Of a stretch of 33,114 nucleotides of DNA, positions 1 through 9,266 are shown piece after piece; within the stretch, counting starts at the first letter, position 1; each line of letters begins with the position of its first letter. A program made the position numbers and the translations under genes. This stretch comes from Betaproteobacteria bacterium (GTDB lineage: Bacteria; Pseudomonadota; Gammaproteobacteria; Burkholderiales; Usitatibacteraceae), in contig JANMZU010000033.1 in the NCBI GenBank assembly GCA_031383585.1, positions 1-33,114 of the forward strand. Reading direction: 5' to 3'. The notes beneath the pieces were generated by a model. That model did no database searches, had not been told where the DNA came from, and saw nothing but the letters and a program-made list of their open reading frames with translations.

Positions 1-1042
1 TCAGATGGCTCACGCCAATGATGGCTTCGTCGATAACAACGTTCCATGTCTTACCCTTGCGAACGACAACACCCTTGCTGTGAAACGCCGGCGTCGTCGG
101 CAGGGTCACGCCGATGGGGTCGCCGACGGCGGCCAGTGATGGCCCTTTCAGTGTGAACCTGCCGGAGAATGCACTCAGATTAAGCGCGTCTGCGGCAGTG
201 CCTTTGAAGGCAAACACCGCCCTGCCGATGGTGGCGTCCAAGGTGATCGGCACAGCGACCGCCGCTGCGCCGTCAGCCGCCCAAGGCAGCAAGCCTGATG
301 AAACCAGCTCGACCTTGAGCGGCAGATTTCGATAGCGTCCGGCGCCACTTAGGCGTAACACTTTGCCCGTTGCCGCAATCGTCACCGGCGGGCCACTGTT
401 CTTCCCCGGGGATGCAGGCACGCCCGAAATCGCATCAGCGCCATCGACAAGAGAAAGTTGCGCGTTGACATCTATGTTCAGCGGCACATCGCGGTAATGC
501 AGCGTGCCTCTGTCGACTTGAAGTTTGCCAAACAGAGGGATCGTCAGTGGTTGGGGAGGGTTCGGGTCGCGTTCCAAGTTTGGCTTGAATTTCCACGACG
601 CGCGACCGTCCGCCAGCCTCTCCAGTTCGCCATCGAGTTCGGCCGCCTGCAGCCGCTCAATTCGCAGCGGTTGGTCTTCGCGTGTCCTCCACAGATCGAT
701 GTATCGCAGATCGAGAGAAACGTGACGTGCTCGAAGCAGATGCGGCGTTTGGCTCCACGCTGGCGCAGCGATTTCGAGAAATGGCAAATTAGCGCTGATC
801 CCGCCCAGAAAACGCACGGTAAAGCCGCCAGACGCGGCGCCAGTGTTGTCTGGCGCAGCAAAACTGACGCTCCGATCAAGCTTGTCGGACAGCAACTTCG
901 CGAGCGGCGCGGCCAAAAACGGCCAGCCGGCCAATTCGCCAATGCCCACAGCTGCAAACAACATCAGCGCAACAGCGAATATGATGAGCGGCCAGCGCCG
1001 CTTGATCCTTACGACTGGCGTTGCCGTTGCCGCCTGCGTCAC
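1..1042 (-). CDS. AsmA-family outer-membrane biogenesis protein, N-terminal part (3' end runs off the window)
   Basis: Hand translation of the minus strand gives an open frame from GTG at 1042..1040 down to the window edge with no stop. An in-frame TGA lies seven codons upstream of that GTG, and no other start codon lies in between. The ORF is absent from the track because it has no stop inside the window. The N-terminus (V)TQAATATPVVRIKRRWPLIIFAVALMLFAAVGIGELAGWPFLAAPLAKLLSDKLDRSVSF is a basic stretch plus a single membrane anchor, followed by beta-rich sequence. That is the AsmA-like layout. The family call rests on remembered architecture, not on an alignment. Confidence 0.5.
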   Translation of the reverse strand, partial: MTQAATATPVVRIKRRWPLIIFAVALMLFAAVGIGELAGWPFLAAPLAKLLSDKLDRSVSFAAPDNTGAASGGFTVRFLGGISANLPFLEIAAPAWSQTPHLLRARHVSLDLRYIDLWRTREDQPLRIERLQAAELDGELERLADGRASWKFKPNLERDPNPPQPLTIPLFGKLQVDRGTLHYRDVPLNIDVNAQLSLVDGADAISGVPASPGKNSGPPVTIAATGKVLRLSGAGRYRNLPLKVELVSSGLLPWAADGAAAVAVPITLDATIGRAVFAFKGTAADALNLSAFSGRFTLKGPSLAAVGDPIGVTLPTTPAFHSKGVVVRKGKTWNVVIDEAIIGVSHL

Positions 1043-1266
1043 AATTGCCAGTCGCCAAAACGGCAGTTTCCATCAGTCGCAACAGTAGCGTGCTGCGATA
1101 AGACACGAGTATCTGTGCGGTCTTCGGAACGCTTATGCGCTGAAATCCGCGCCAGTGCTAGAGTTTCACCTACCGCGATGACCGTGTGCATGTTTATTGC
1201 CTAATCAATTCCAGCAGATCGTGCATCAGCTCTTGCGGGTCGGTTGCGAACCAGCCGTGCAGCACA

Positions 1267-1785
1267 TCAGCCATGCGAGCCCGACATCCTGACTTCACCT
1301 TCGCGACCAAGATCGGCCGGCGGCTTTCCAGTAACCGCCGCTTTGGTCATCTCGTAAATCTGGCGAACTTTGTTGGCCTCCACATCCCAGTAATGCGCAT
1401 GCGAAATTTTCACTTGCACCAGCGCCAGATCTGCGTCGGCCGGGCCACCGGGGAACCAGGCCTCGTCGAGCTTCGTCCAGAGTTGGATCTTTTTGCGAAG
1501 ATCGTCGACGACAACGGCCCTTCCGGAAACCGACACATAACTATCCTTGCCTGGGTGCGCGTAAACCACATTTACCTCTGGTTCAGCAACCAAGTCGCTA
1601 ACGGGCGAACTTTTGCGCGACATGAAAAACCATAGCGAATCGTTCGCTTCGATGCGGCAGTTTTGCGTGGTCATCGGGCGCGAGTGTAAATGCCCGTTGG
1701 GATGGCGCGTGGTGAACATCGCAAAGTGAATATCTTTGATAAGACGCCAGAGTGTTTCGCTGGGGGACTCGATTGATTGATCCAT
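1267..1785 (-). CDS. Pyridoxamine 5'-phosphate oxidase-like general stress protein (GSP26 family)
   Basis: This is the C-terminal 172 aa of track ORF 1267..2247: MDQSIESPSETLWRLIKDIHFAMFTTRHPNGHLHSRPMTTQ...HYWDV, typical of the PNPOx-like general stress protein 26 family. I re-set the start to the ATG at 1785..1783, which is preceded by GGAG (minus-strand cgaggagataacc-ATG). The longer track ORF is Arg-rich and non-protein-like upstream of this point. Confidence 0.8.
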   Translation of the reverse strand: MDQSIESPSETLWRLIKDIHFAMFTTRHPNGHLHSRPMTTQNCRIEANDSLWFFMSRKSSPVSDLVAEPEVNVVYAHPGKDSYVSVSGRAVVVDDLRKKIQLWTKLDEAWFPGGPADADLALVQVKISHAHYWDVEANKVRQIYEMTKAAVTGKPPADLGREGEVRMSGSHG

Positions 1786-2057
1786 GGTTATCTCCTCGTT
1801 GATTGAGAAATTGTCGTCATTTGCGGTTGATCGACCGCCGAAAGACTCGCGTACCTTCAGATAGTAGTTCGCAGACCCGCAAACCATCCGTAGGAGAAAC
1901 CCGTAATCAGCTGTCATCTTTAGCGTCGCAGATTCGCGCTGCAGAAGGCCTTGCCGATTTCGAGACGATTGGCAGACAAACGAGATGCGGCAGTTGCGGC
2001 CTTGAACGTCGGCAGATAAAGTGTGCGGCCCAACACCTTGTTGTGAGAGCAGCCGCC

Positions 2058-2573
2058 ATGCCCCAGAAAGTAAGTATTGCCTCACGGTTGGCGCTATTTG
2101 CCACCTCGCTGGTCGCTGTCTGCACGTTGACACTGCAATCAGCGTCGGCGCAAACGGTCTTGGTCGTTCGTCATGGCGAGAAACTCGATGCCTCAGCCGA
2201 TCCGGTGTTATCTCCCGAAGGAGCGGCACGTGCAGAACGTCTGGCAAATATGCTGGCCGCCTCTAAAGTACGCTCCATCTACACCACACAATACCGTCGC
2301 ACGATCTTACAGGCGGCGCCGACGGCCAAACGCCTCGGCGTTACCGCCAGTGTCATTGCGGGCAAGGAAATGGATACCCTGATTGCGAGGATTCGCTCGC
2401 ACGCGAAAGACGACGTCGTGCTTGTAGTCGGGCATAGCAACACCGTACCGGAGATCATCAAGCTGCTGGGAGTCGGCGCAACCGTGATTGTCGGAGAGGA
2501 CGACTACGACAACCTCTATGTAGTTACGCTGCAGCCCAACGCTGCGCCCACAATGGTGAATCTTAAATACTGA
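2058..2573 (+). CDS. Secreted histidine phosphatase family protein (SixA/PGAM-like)
   Basis: This is the C-terminal 171 aa of track ORF 1803..2573, starting at the ATG at 2058. The signal-peptide-like N-terminus is MPQKVSIASRLALFATSLVAVCTLTLQSASAQ. The RHG catalytic motif (VLVVRHGEK) and the second His motif (VVGHSNT) are both present. Confidence 0.8.
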   Translation: MPQKVSIASRLALFATSLVAVCTLTLQSASAQTVLVVRHGEKLDASADPVLSPEGAARAERLANMLAASKVRSIYTTQYRRTILQAAPTAKRLGVTASVIAGKEMDTLIARIRSHAKDDVVLVVGHSNTVPEIIKLLGVGATVIVGEDDYDNLYVVTLQPNAAPTMVNLKY

Positions 2574-2712
2574 TTTCGCTGCACGTGCTCTGCGGATGGA
2601 CTGCTTAGCGCCACATTTCTCACCAAGATCGCCAGCTGGCGCGACTCCTGGACGACATTGGCTCCAAACACCCCGCCAGTCGGGCAGTTTCAATCCAGGT
2701 TCGCCAGTAGAA

Positions 2713-3174
2713 TCAGTCCTGCTCCCAGGGTAGTCCCGCCTTGCGCCAGCCACCTACGTTGCCGCGCTGGCTGCCGTTGTCAAGATCGCCCTCAAAGCCT
2801 TCGAGGATATTGAATGCGTGTTTATATCCAGCGGCAGCCGCCACTTTTGCTGTTGCGTGTGATCGGACGCCGCTACGGCAAAGGAACAAGACGACATCGC
2901 CCGGCGAGCATTGCGCTTTAAATTCGACCAGGAAATTCAGATTGGGATCGCCACCCGGCCAGTGCTTCCAGGAAACCAACGGCGCTCCCGGAATGCGCCC
3001 GATGAACTTGTTCTCAAAGTGGCTGCGCACATCGATTATTTTTGCGCCGTGATCGGAAAACAAGCGATACGCCTCTTGCGGCGTGACCTCTCCAGCATAG
3101 GGTAACGATGCCGCGACCGCACGCTGGGCGGCGCGCGCAAAAATTTCCTCAGCCTCGTTTAGCGGTGCGGTCAT
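2713..3174 (-). CDS. Single-domain rhodanese-like sulfurtransferase
   Basis: 153 aa with the rhodanese active-site loop CRSGVRS and flanking rhodanese-like sequence (IDVRS...FIGRIPGA...LFLCRSGVRSHATA). The ATG at 3174 lies 3 nt after the cysA stop (3178..3180), so the gene is probably co-transcribed with the sulfate ABC operon. Confidence 0.85.
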   Translation of the reverse strand: MTAPLNEAEEIFARAAQRAVAASLPYAGEVTPQEAYRLFSDHGAKIIDVRSHFENKFIGRIPGAPLVSWKHWPGGDPNLNFLVEFKAQCSPGDVVLFLCRSGVRSHATAKVAAAAGYKHAFNILEGFEGDLDNGSQRGNVGGWRKAGLPWEQD

Positions 3175-3177
3175 GGT

Positions 3178-4257
3178 TCATGCCGCGCTGCTGTCCTGGT
3201 TTGCGGCTAGAAAAACGCGCGCACGGCGCGGCTTGAAATAGACCAGATTGCCCGCGGTGACATTGAGGTGTTCGAAGCGTTCACGCGAAAGCTCGACCTC
3301 CACCAGCGCGCCGTTGTCCTTGCGCGATAACTCCAGACGCACCACCGAGCCAATTCTGGTGGCGTGATTGAGCGTGGCCTCCACCGTATCGTTGCCCGCT
3401 GCGCTGGCGATATCTATGTCGTGGGGCCGCACGTAGGCGGTTGCAGCCGTATCGGCCACGCCGTGATGCTCCGGGGTCAGGATGCGTCCACCACCGACAT
3501 CAGCGACGCCGTTGTGAACGCGGCCTTCGAACAGGTTCACATTGCCGAGAAACTGGTACACAAACGGTGTCGCGGGATGGTCATAGACTTCGTCAGGCGT
3601 GCCGACCTGCTCGATCTTGCCGTTATTGAGCACCACCACACGGTCAGCAACTTCCAGCGCTTCTTCCTGATCGTGCGTGACAAACACGCTGGTCAGATTG
3701 ATGTCGTCGTGAAGGCGACGCAGCCAGCGGCGCAATTCTTTACGCACCTTGGCATCGAGGGCACCGAAGGGCTCATCGAGAAGCAGTACTTTCGGCTCGA
3801 TCGCCAGCGCCCGGGCGAGCGCGATGCGTTGTCGCTGTCCACCGGAAAGCTGGTGCGGATAGTGATGGGACAACCAGTCGAGCTGCACCAATTTCAATAA
3901 GTCGTGCACGCGACGATTGATTTCGTTCTCAGAGGGGCGCAGAGCGCGCGGACGAACGCGCAAACCAAACGCCACGTTTTCGAAAATACTCATGTGGCGA
4001 AACAAGGCGTAGTGTTGGAACACGAAGCCGACCTCGCGTTCCTGCACCCGCGTCTCGGTGGTGTCTTCATCGTTGAATATGATTCGGCCACTATCGGGCT
4101 TTTCCAGGCCCGCAATCACGCGTAGCAACGTCGTCTTGCCGGAACCCGACGGGCCGAGCAGCGCCACCAATTCGCCGGGCTTGATTTCGAGGCTGACGCC
4201 GCTGAGCGCATCGTAGGTGCCGAAGCGCTTACAAATGTCGAGGACTTGTATCGTCAT
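3178..4257 (-). CDS. cysA: Sulfate/thiosulfate ABC transporter ATP-binding protein
   Basis: Walker [13 protein letters not shown] signature LSGGQRQR and Walker [12 protein letters not shown] are present, together with the C-terminal regulatory domain typical of CysA. The gene follows cysT and cysW. Its ATG overlaps the cysW TGA (ATGA at 4254..4257). Confidence 0.95.
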   Translation of the reverse strand: MTIQVLDICKRFGTYDALSGVSLEIKPGELVALLGPSGSGKTTLLRVIAGLEKPDSGRIIFNDEDTTETRVQEREVGFVFQHYALFRHMSIFENVAFGLRVRPRALRPSENEINRRVHDLLKLVQLDWLSHHYPHQLSGGQRQRIALARALAIEPKVLLLDEPFGALDAKVRKELRRWLRRLHDDINLTSVFVTHDQEEALEVADRVVVLNNGKIEQVGTPDEVYDHPATPFVYQFLGNVNLFEGRVHNGVADVGGGRILTPEHHGVADTAATAYVRPHDIDIASAAGNDTVEATLNHATRIGSVVRLELSRKDNGALVEVELSRERFEHLNVTAGNLVYFKPRRARVFLAANQDSSAA

Positions 4258-5144
4258 GGACTGAACTCTTTCTCACGCTGTTCAAAGCGAATTTCTACAA
4301 TCGTTTTGATCACCAGTGTAATGACCGCCAGCAGCGCCAGCAGCGAGGCGCAGGCAAACGCGGCTGCAAACTGATATTCGTTATACAAAATCTCAACGTG
4401 CAGCGGTAGTGTATTGGTCTCACCGCGAATATGCCCGGACACCACCGAGACTGCACCGAATTCGCCCATCGCGCGCGCATTGCAGAGGATGACACCGTAC
4501 AGCAGGCCCCATTTTACGTTCGGCAGCGTAACGTACCAGAGCGTTTGCCAGCCACTGGCGCCGAGCACGGCGGCGGCCTCTTCTTCTTCGCGGCCTTGCG
4601 CTTGCATCAGCGGAATCAGTTCGCGCGCAACAAACGGGAAGGTGACAAAAATGGTTGCCAAGACAATCCCTGGTACGGCAAAAATAATCTTCACGTCATA
4701 CTCGGACAGCCACGGCCCCAGCCAGCCCTGCAATCCAAATATCAGCACGTAGATCAAGCCCGAAATAACCGGGGGGACCGAGAACGGCAGGTCGATCAAT
4801 GTAATGAGCAAGCTCTTGCCGCGAAAATCAAACTTGGCAATAGCCCACGCTGCGGCTACACCAAACACCAGATTGAGCGGCACAGCGATCAGAGCCGCGA
4901 TAAAGGTGAGCTTGATAGCGGAGATCGCATCGGGCTCGCTTATAGCTGCCCAATAGACGGTTGCACCTTTGCGAAGTGCTTCATAAAACACTGCCGCCAG
5001 CGGCACAAACAAGAACAGCGCGAGATACAGCAGCGCAATCGTGATGAGAACAATTGGCACCCAGGGAATCGTACGGCGCACAGACGCTGATTTGCGAGCT
5101 GGCGGGTGCAAGGGTGAAGTTGCGGAGATGAGGCTTGCGGCCAT
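4254..5144 (-). CDS. cysW: Sulfate ABC transporter permease CysW
   Basis: Multi-TM permease with the CysW-like core ...[55 protein letters not shown].... I prefer the ATG at 5144 ([10 protein letters not shown]...). It sits 2 nt after the cysT TAG (5147..5149) and is preceded by GGAGAG. The track start at 5186 is an alternative with no Shine-Dalgarno sequence and a 40-nt overlap with cysT. Confidence 0.9.
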   Translation of the reverse strand: MAASLISATSPLHPPARKSASVRRTIPWVPIVLITIALLYLALFLFVPLAAVFYEALRKGATVYWAAISEPDAISAIKLTFIAALIAVPLNLVFGVAAAWAIAKFDFRGKSLLITLIDLPFSVPPVISGLIYVLIFGLQGWLGPWLSEYDVKIIFAVPGIVLATIFVTFPFVARELIPLMQAQGREEEEAAAVLGASGWQTLWYVTLPNVKWGLLYGVILCNARAMGEFGAVSVVSGHIRGETNTLPLHVEILYNEYQFAAAFACASLLALLAVITLVIKTIVEIRFEQREKEFSP

Positions 5145-5146
5145 CG

Positions 5147-5995
5147 CTAAACGCTCTCCTGCGCGCGCCGCTTTCGTGACCACCATTGCAGCGTATTGAT
5201 TGCCAGCAGCAGCAGAAACGAAGCCACCAGCATCACGACGGCCACCGCGGTGGCACCTGCATAGTCGTATTGCTCAAGCTTGGTGATGATGATGAGCGGC
5301 GTGATCTCCGAAACCATCGGCATGTTGCCGGCGATGAAAATTACCGAACCGTACTCGCCCAGCGCTCGGGCAAACGCCAGCGTGAAACCAGTGACAACAG
5401 CAGGAAGCACGGTTGGGAAAATGACGCGTTGGAAGGTTTGCCATTGCGACGCGCCCAGCGAATGCGCCGCCTCTTCGAGCTCTTTCTCCAGATCTTCCAG
5501 AACCGGCTGCACAGTTCGCACCACGAACGGCAAGCCAATGAATGTCAGGGCCACCAGGATGCCCAGTGGCGTGAAGGCGACTTTCACGCCCATCTCTGCC
5601 AACGGCTTCCCTAGCCAGCCATTGGTCGCGTACACCGCCGTGAGCGCGATACCGGCCACGGCCGTGGGTAGTGCAAACGGCAGGTCGACCAGCGCATCGA
5701 TGACGCGCTTGCCGGGAAACTTATAGCGAACCAGCACCCAGGCAACTAGCAAGCCGAATACAGCATTGATCAAGGCTGCCAGCAATGAGGTACGCAGAGT
5801 CAGCCAATATGAAGCGAGCACCCGTGGCGCCGTCACCGTTGTCCAGAATGCCTCCCAGGTCAGCGTAAAGGTCTTGATGAATGCCGCAGACAGGGGGATC
5901 AGAACGATCAGACTGAGATAGAAGATCGTGAAGCCCAGCGCCAGATTGAAGCCTGGCAGCACGCTGTACGGCCGGCTGAACGCACCTTCTGTCAT
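5147..5995 (-). CDS. cysT: Sulfate ABC transporter permease CysT (CysU)
   Basis: 282-aa permease with the EAA-like loop ([21 protein letters not shown]). It sits between the binding protein and cysW, the canonical cysP/sbp-cysT-cysW-cysA order. Confidence 0.93.
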   Translation of the reverse strand: MTEGAFSRPYSVLPGFNLALGFTIFYLSLIVLIPLSAAFIKTFTLTWEAFWTTVTAPRVLASYWLTLRTSLLAALINAVFGLLVAWVLVRYKFPGKRVIDALVDLPFALPTAVAGIALTAVYATNGWLGKPLAEMGVKVAFTPLGILVALTFIGLPFVVRTVQPVLEDLEKELEEAAHSLGASQWQTFQRVIFPTVLPAVVTGFTLAFARALGEYGSVIFIAGNMPMVSEITPLIIITKLEQYDYAGATAVAVVMLVASFLLLLAINTLQWWSRKRRAQESV

Positions 5996-6003
5996 GGCGA
6001 ATC

Positions 6004-7038
6004 CTATTTCGCCCCAGGCTGGTAGATCTGGTCGAAAGTGCCGCCGTCAATGAAGTGCGTTTTGGTCGCCTTCGCCCAGCCACCAAATGCCTGATCGATG
6101 TTGATCAGCGCTATTTTAGGGAATTGTTTCTCGTACTTTTTGGCGATCACCTCATTGCGTGGCCGGTAGTAGTGCTTGGCGGCGATCTCCTGACCTTCGT
6201 CGGTGTAGAGATATTCGAGGTACGCCTGCGCGACTTTGCGTGTGTCCTTCTTGTCCACCACCCTGTCGACGACCGCAACCGGTGGCTCAGCGAGGATCGA
6301 GAGCGAGGGCGCGACAATCTCGAATTTATCCGGCCCCAGTTCCTTCAGTGCCAGCATAGCTTCGTTTTCCCAGGCCAGCAGCACATCGCCGACGCCACGT
6401 TCGACAAAGGTTGTAGTGGAACCGCGGGCGCCCGAATCGAGTACCGGTACGTTTTTGTAGATTGCCTTGACAAAGGCTTTTGACTTGCTCTGGTCGTTGC
6501 CGAACTTCTTGTCGGCAAATCCCCAGGCGGCCAGATAGTTCCAGCGCGCGCCGCCGGAGGTCTTCGGGTTCGGCGTGATTACGCTGACGCCCGGTTTGGT
6601 CAAGTCATCCCAGTCCTTCAAGCCTTTGGGATTGCCCTTCCGCACCAGGAATAAGATGGTCGACGTGTACGGCGAAGCATTGTTCGGCAACTTCTTCTGC
6701 CAGTCGCCAGCCAGTTGCTTGGACCTGGCAGCAATTTCGTCGATGTCCATTGCCAATGCCAGTGTCACCACATCGGCACCTAGTCCGTCTATGACCGAAC
6801 GCGCCTGTTTACCGGAGCCGCCGTGCGACTGCTTGATGGTGACTTTGTCTTTGGTTTTCGCTTGGTATTGTTTGGCGAAGGCTTTATTGAAGTCGGCGTA
6901 AAGCTCGCGCGTCGGATCGTAGGAGGCATTGAGCAGAGCAAATTCGGCAGCCCATAGCGGGGCAGCAATCAGCAAGCTGCCGATTGCGACGAATATTGCA
7001 GACGCAGCGCCTTTATCAATCTGATTTTTTAGAGACAT
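6004..7038 (-). CDS. sbp: Sulfate/thiosulfate-binding periplasmic protein
   Basis: 344 aa with a signal peptide ([17 protein letters not shown]) and Sbp/CysP-like sequence ([13 protein letters not shown]...[17 protein letters not shown]...[21 protein letters not shown]). It is the first gene of the transporter unit. I cannot separate Sbp from CysP by eye. Confidence 0.92.
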   Translation of the reverse strand: MSLKNQIDKGAASAIFVAIGSLLIAAPLWAAEFALLNASYDPTRELYADFNKAFAKQYQAKTKDKVTIKQSHGGSGKQARSVIDGLGADVVTLALAMDIDEIAARSKQLAGDWQKKLPNNASPYTSTILFLVRKGNPKGLKDWDDLTKPGVSVITPNPKTSGGARWNYLAAWGFADKKFGNDQSKSKAFVKAIYKNVPVLDSGARGSTTTFVERGVGDVLLAWENEAMLALKELGPDKFEIVAPSLSILAEPPVAVVDRVVDKKDTRKVAQAYLEYLYTDEGQEIAAKHYYRPRNEVIAKKYEKQFPKIALINIDQAFGGWAKATKTHFIDGGTFDQIYQPGAK

Positions 7039-7208
7039 TTCATTTCCGATTCAAATTGTAGCTTACCGGACTTTTCGCCGTTTCCTTAGCGCGAAACTCC
7101 AGCATCCATGCGCCACTCCGGGCGAAACTTGCCTGAAAGCCGCACCAGTGCTTGCGTTAGTGATTTCGTGACGCGCAGCAATCGGCACGTCCGACAGGTC
7201 GAAGTGCT

Positions 7209-7985
7209 TCAGCTGACCAGACACCGCGATGCGCGCGTCTCGCGCATTCGCGATTGGTGCTCTACGCTTGCAACGGACACTGCCTCGGCGGCAAAGACAT
7301 CCCCAACACATAAGACTGCGGGGCCAGCAAGCTTCAGGCTGGAAGCGGCAAGACCGGCGAGCGTAGTGAACATACGCTGTTCGTTCTCGAGCGACGCATT
7401 TTCGACGACCGCAACCGGGGTGCTTGCGGCTCTGCCTGCGCCGATCAGTGCTGCAGCAATTTGCGGCGCCTGTCCGGCTGCCATGTAGAGCACGACCGAA
7501 TCAGCGGCGGCGGCGCTGGCCAGCCAGTCGCTTTCAAGCGCATTTGGGCCGATACGTGGCGTCGCAAAGCTTACGCTACGTGCAACTCCTCGGCGCGTCA
7601 GTGATATGCCCAGCGACGCGCTCGCGGCCAGCGCAGCTGTGACACCCGGCACTATTTCAAAGGCAATATCTGCGGCTTTAAGCGCATCGATTTCTTCCTG
7701 GGCGCGCCCGAAAATCATCGGGTCGCCGCCTTTCAGGCGGACGATTATTTGATAGTGGCGGGCAGCTTCAACGAGCTGCCGATTGATGAAACGCTGGTCA
7801 GTAGAGACTTGTCCAGCCCGTTTGCCCACCGAGATTTTTCTGGCCCCGACTGCAAGCGCGACCGTTTCCGGATGCACCAGCGCGTCGTAAAAGACGATAT
7901 CGGCCTCCGCTAACAAGCGTGCGGCACGCAGGGTAAGCAAATCAGGTGCGCCGGGTCCTGCCCCGACCAAGTAGACCTTAGCCAT
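7209..7985 (-). CDS. cobA: Uroporphyrinogen-III C-methyltransferase (SUMT only, siroheme branch)
   Basis: MAKVYLVGAGPGAPDLLTLRAARLLAEADIVFYDALV...RLKGGDPMIFGR is the classic SUMT/CysG C-terminal-domain sequence. I re-set the start to the ATG at 7985..7983, which overlaps the cysN TAA by 8 nt (ATGGCTAA). The track start at 7997 is a GTG. No N-terminal dehydrogenase/ferrochelatase domain is present. Confidence 0.9.
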   Translation of the reverse strand: MAKVYLVGAGPGAPDLLTLRAARLLAEADIVFYDALVHPETVALAVGARKISVGKRAGQVSTDQRFINRQLVEAARHYQIIVRLKGGDPMIFGRAQEEIDALKAADIAFEIVPGVTAALAASASLGISLTRRGVARSVSFATPRIGPNALESDWLASAAAADSVVLYMAAGQAPQIAAALIGAGRAASTPVAVVENASLENEQRMFTTLAGLAASSLKLAGPAVLCVGDVFAAEAVSVASVEHQSRMRETRASRCLVS

Positions 7986-9246
7986 TGTCGGCCTCACCGA
8001 GAATCATTCCTGCCGCCACCGTTTGGTTGCTGGCCTCATCGATGAGGATAAAGCAGCCCGTGGCGCGATTGGCTCGATAGGTATCGACCATCAGCGGACG
8101 CAAGGTCTTCAGACCTACGCGCCCGATGTCGTTCAGGTTGAATTGGGTCGCGCCGGTTTCGCGTTCTAGCGTATTCACGTCAAGCCGATAATCGATGGTT
8201 TCGATCACTACACGCACTGACTGAGTGGTGTGTTTGATGAGGTATTTACGACTGAGGTCCAGAGGCTGAGCCGACATCCACGATAAATTGGCCGTGAACT
8301 GATTGGTGACCGTTGGCAATTCGTCCGCATGGGCAAACATGTCGCCGCGCGAAACATCGATCTGAGTGTCCAGCAGCAGGGTGACCGATTGGGGTGCGGC
8401 GGCTGTGGTCAGGCTGCCGTCGAACGTCACGATATCTTGCACCTTGGCTTGCAAACCGGAGGGCAGAACTGCGACACAGTCGCCTACCGACACGCGCCCG
8501 GACTCGATGCGTCCCATATAGCCACGGAATTCTGATTTCTCGCCAAACTTGGTACGCGCGACGAGCTGCACCGGAAATCGGAAATCCCTTGCAGCACGCT
8601 CAGCCGCCTTGGAGGTTTCCAGTAATTCGAGCAGCGTCGGTCCGGTGTACCAGCTCAGCCGCTCTCCCCGATCCACCACCATGTCGCCCTCTAGCGCCGA
8701 GGCCGGAATGAAGTCAACTTCGGCAAAATTGAGCGTGCGCGCAAACGCGATGAATTCCCGGCGGATTTGCTCGAAGGTTTCCTGCGCATACCCGACCAGA
8801 TCGATTTTGTTCACGATCACCACCACATGCGGAATGCCAAGCAGCGAGGCGATGATGGCGTGGCGGCGTGACTGCGTCTGCAGACCTCTGCTCGCGTCCA
8901 CCAGAATCAGCGACAAATCGGCAGTACTGGCGCCGGTCACCATATTGCGCGTGTACTGCTCGTGGCCGGGTGTGTCGGCAATGATGAAACGGCGTTTCAG
9001 CGTCGCGAAATAGCGGTACGCTACATCGATGGTGATGCCCTGCTCACGTTCTGCCGTGAGGCCGTCAGTCAGGAGCGCAAGATCTAAGCCCTTAGCGCCG
9101 CGGCGTGCAGTGGTCTTCTCGATGGAAAGAAGTTGATCCTCCAGAATCGATTTGGTGTCGTACAGCAGGCGGCCGATGAGCGTGCTCTTGCCGTCATCGA
9201 CGGAGCCGGCAGTGGTAAAGCGCAGAGTATCTACAGTATTAGTCAT
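7978..9246 (-). CDS. cysN: Sulfate adenylyltransferase subunit 1 (GTPase), no fused APS kinase domain
   Basis: GTPase motifs are present: GSVDDGKST (G1), DTPGH (G3) and NKID (G4). The EF-Tu-like domains II and III follow. At 422 aa the protein is too short to carry a CysC fusion. Confidence 0.95.
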   Translation of the reverse strand: MTNTVDTLRFTTAGSVDDGKSTLIGRLLYDTKSILEDQLLSIEKTTARRGAKGLDLALLTDGLTAEREQGITIDVAYRYFATLKRRFIIADTPGHEQYTRNMVTGASTADLSLILVDASRGLQTQSRRHAIIASLLGIPHVVVIVNKIDLVGYAQETFEQIRREFIAFARTLNFAEVDFIPASALEGDMVVDRGERLSWYTGPTLLELLETSKAAERAARDFRFPVQLVARTKFGEKSEFRGYMGRIESGRVSVGDCVAVLPSGLQAKVQDIVTFDGSLTTAAAPQSVTLLLDTQIDVSRGDMFAHADELPTVTNQFTANLSWMSAQPLDLSRKYLIKHTTQSVRVVIETIDYRLDVNTLERETGATQFNLNDIGRVGLKTLRPLMVDTYRANRATGCFILIDEASNQTVAAGMILGEADNG

Positions 9247-9266
9247 ATGGTTCTTGTTACTTCCTT

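Noticed and set aside
458-1204. Long plus-strand ORF (248 aa). Similar long ORFs lie antisense to recognised genes at 4431..5090, 9540..10187, 11519..12097, 17473..18117 and 19666..20331.
   Set aside because: All lie antisense to confidently recognised genes. They are Arg/Ser/Ala-rich with no recognisable motifs. They are typical shadow ORFs of GC-rich coding DNA.
1786-2247. N-terminal extensions of track ORFs: 1267..2247, 1803..2573, 10223..11320, 10975..11679, 20234..20995, 24800..25129, 23815..24801 and 25254..25940.
   Set aside because: The extensions overlap neighbouring genes or promoter regions. They have junk-like composition and often start at GTG or TTG. Internal ATGs give canonical family N-termini or signal peptides, several with a Shine-Dalgarno sequence or stop/start coupling.
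2574-2712. Short GC palindromes in convergent or divergent gaps: CGCCAGCTGGCG near 2628..2639, CGCTGCC-N6-GGCAGCG near 25954..25974, and GTCGAACC-TGAA-GGGTCGAC near 25136..25155.
   Set aside because: Each occurs once and they differ in sequence, so they are not a REP-like family. None has a U-tract. At most they are weak structure-only terminators.
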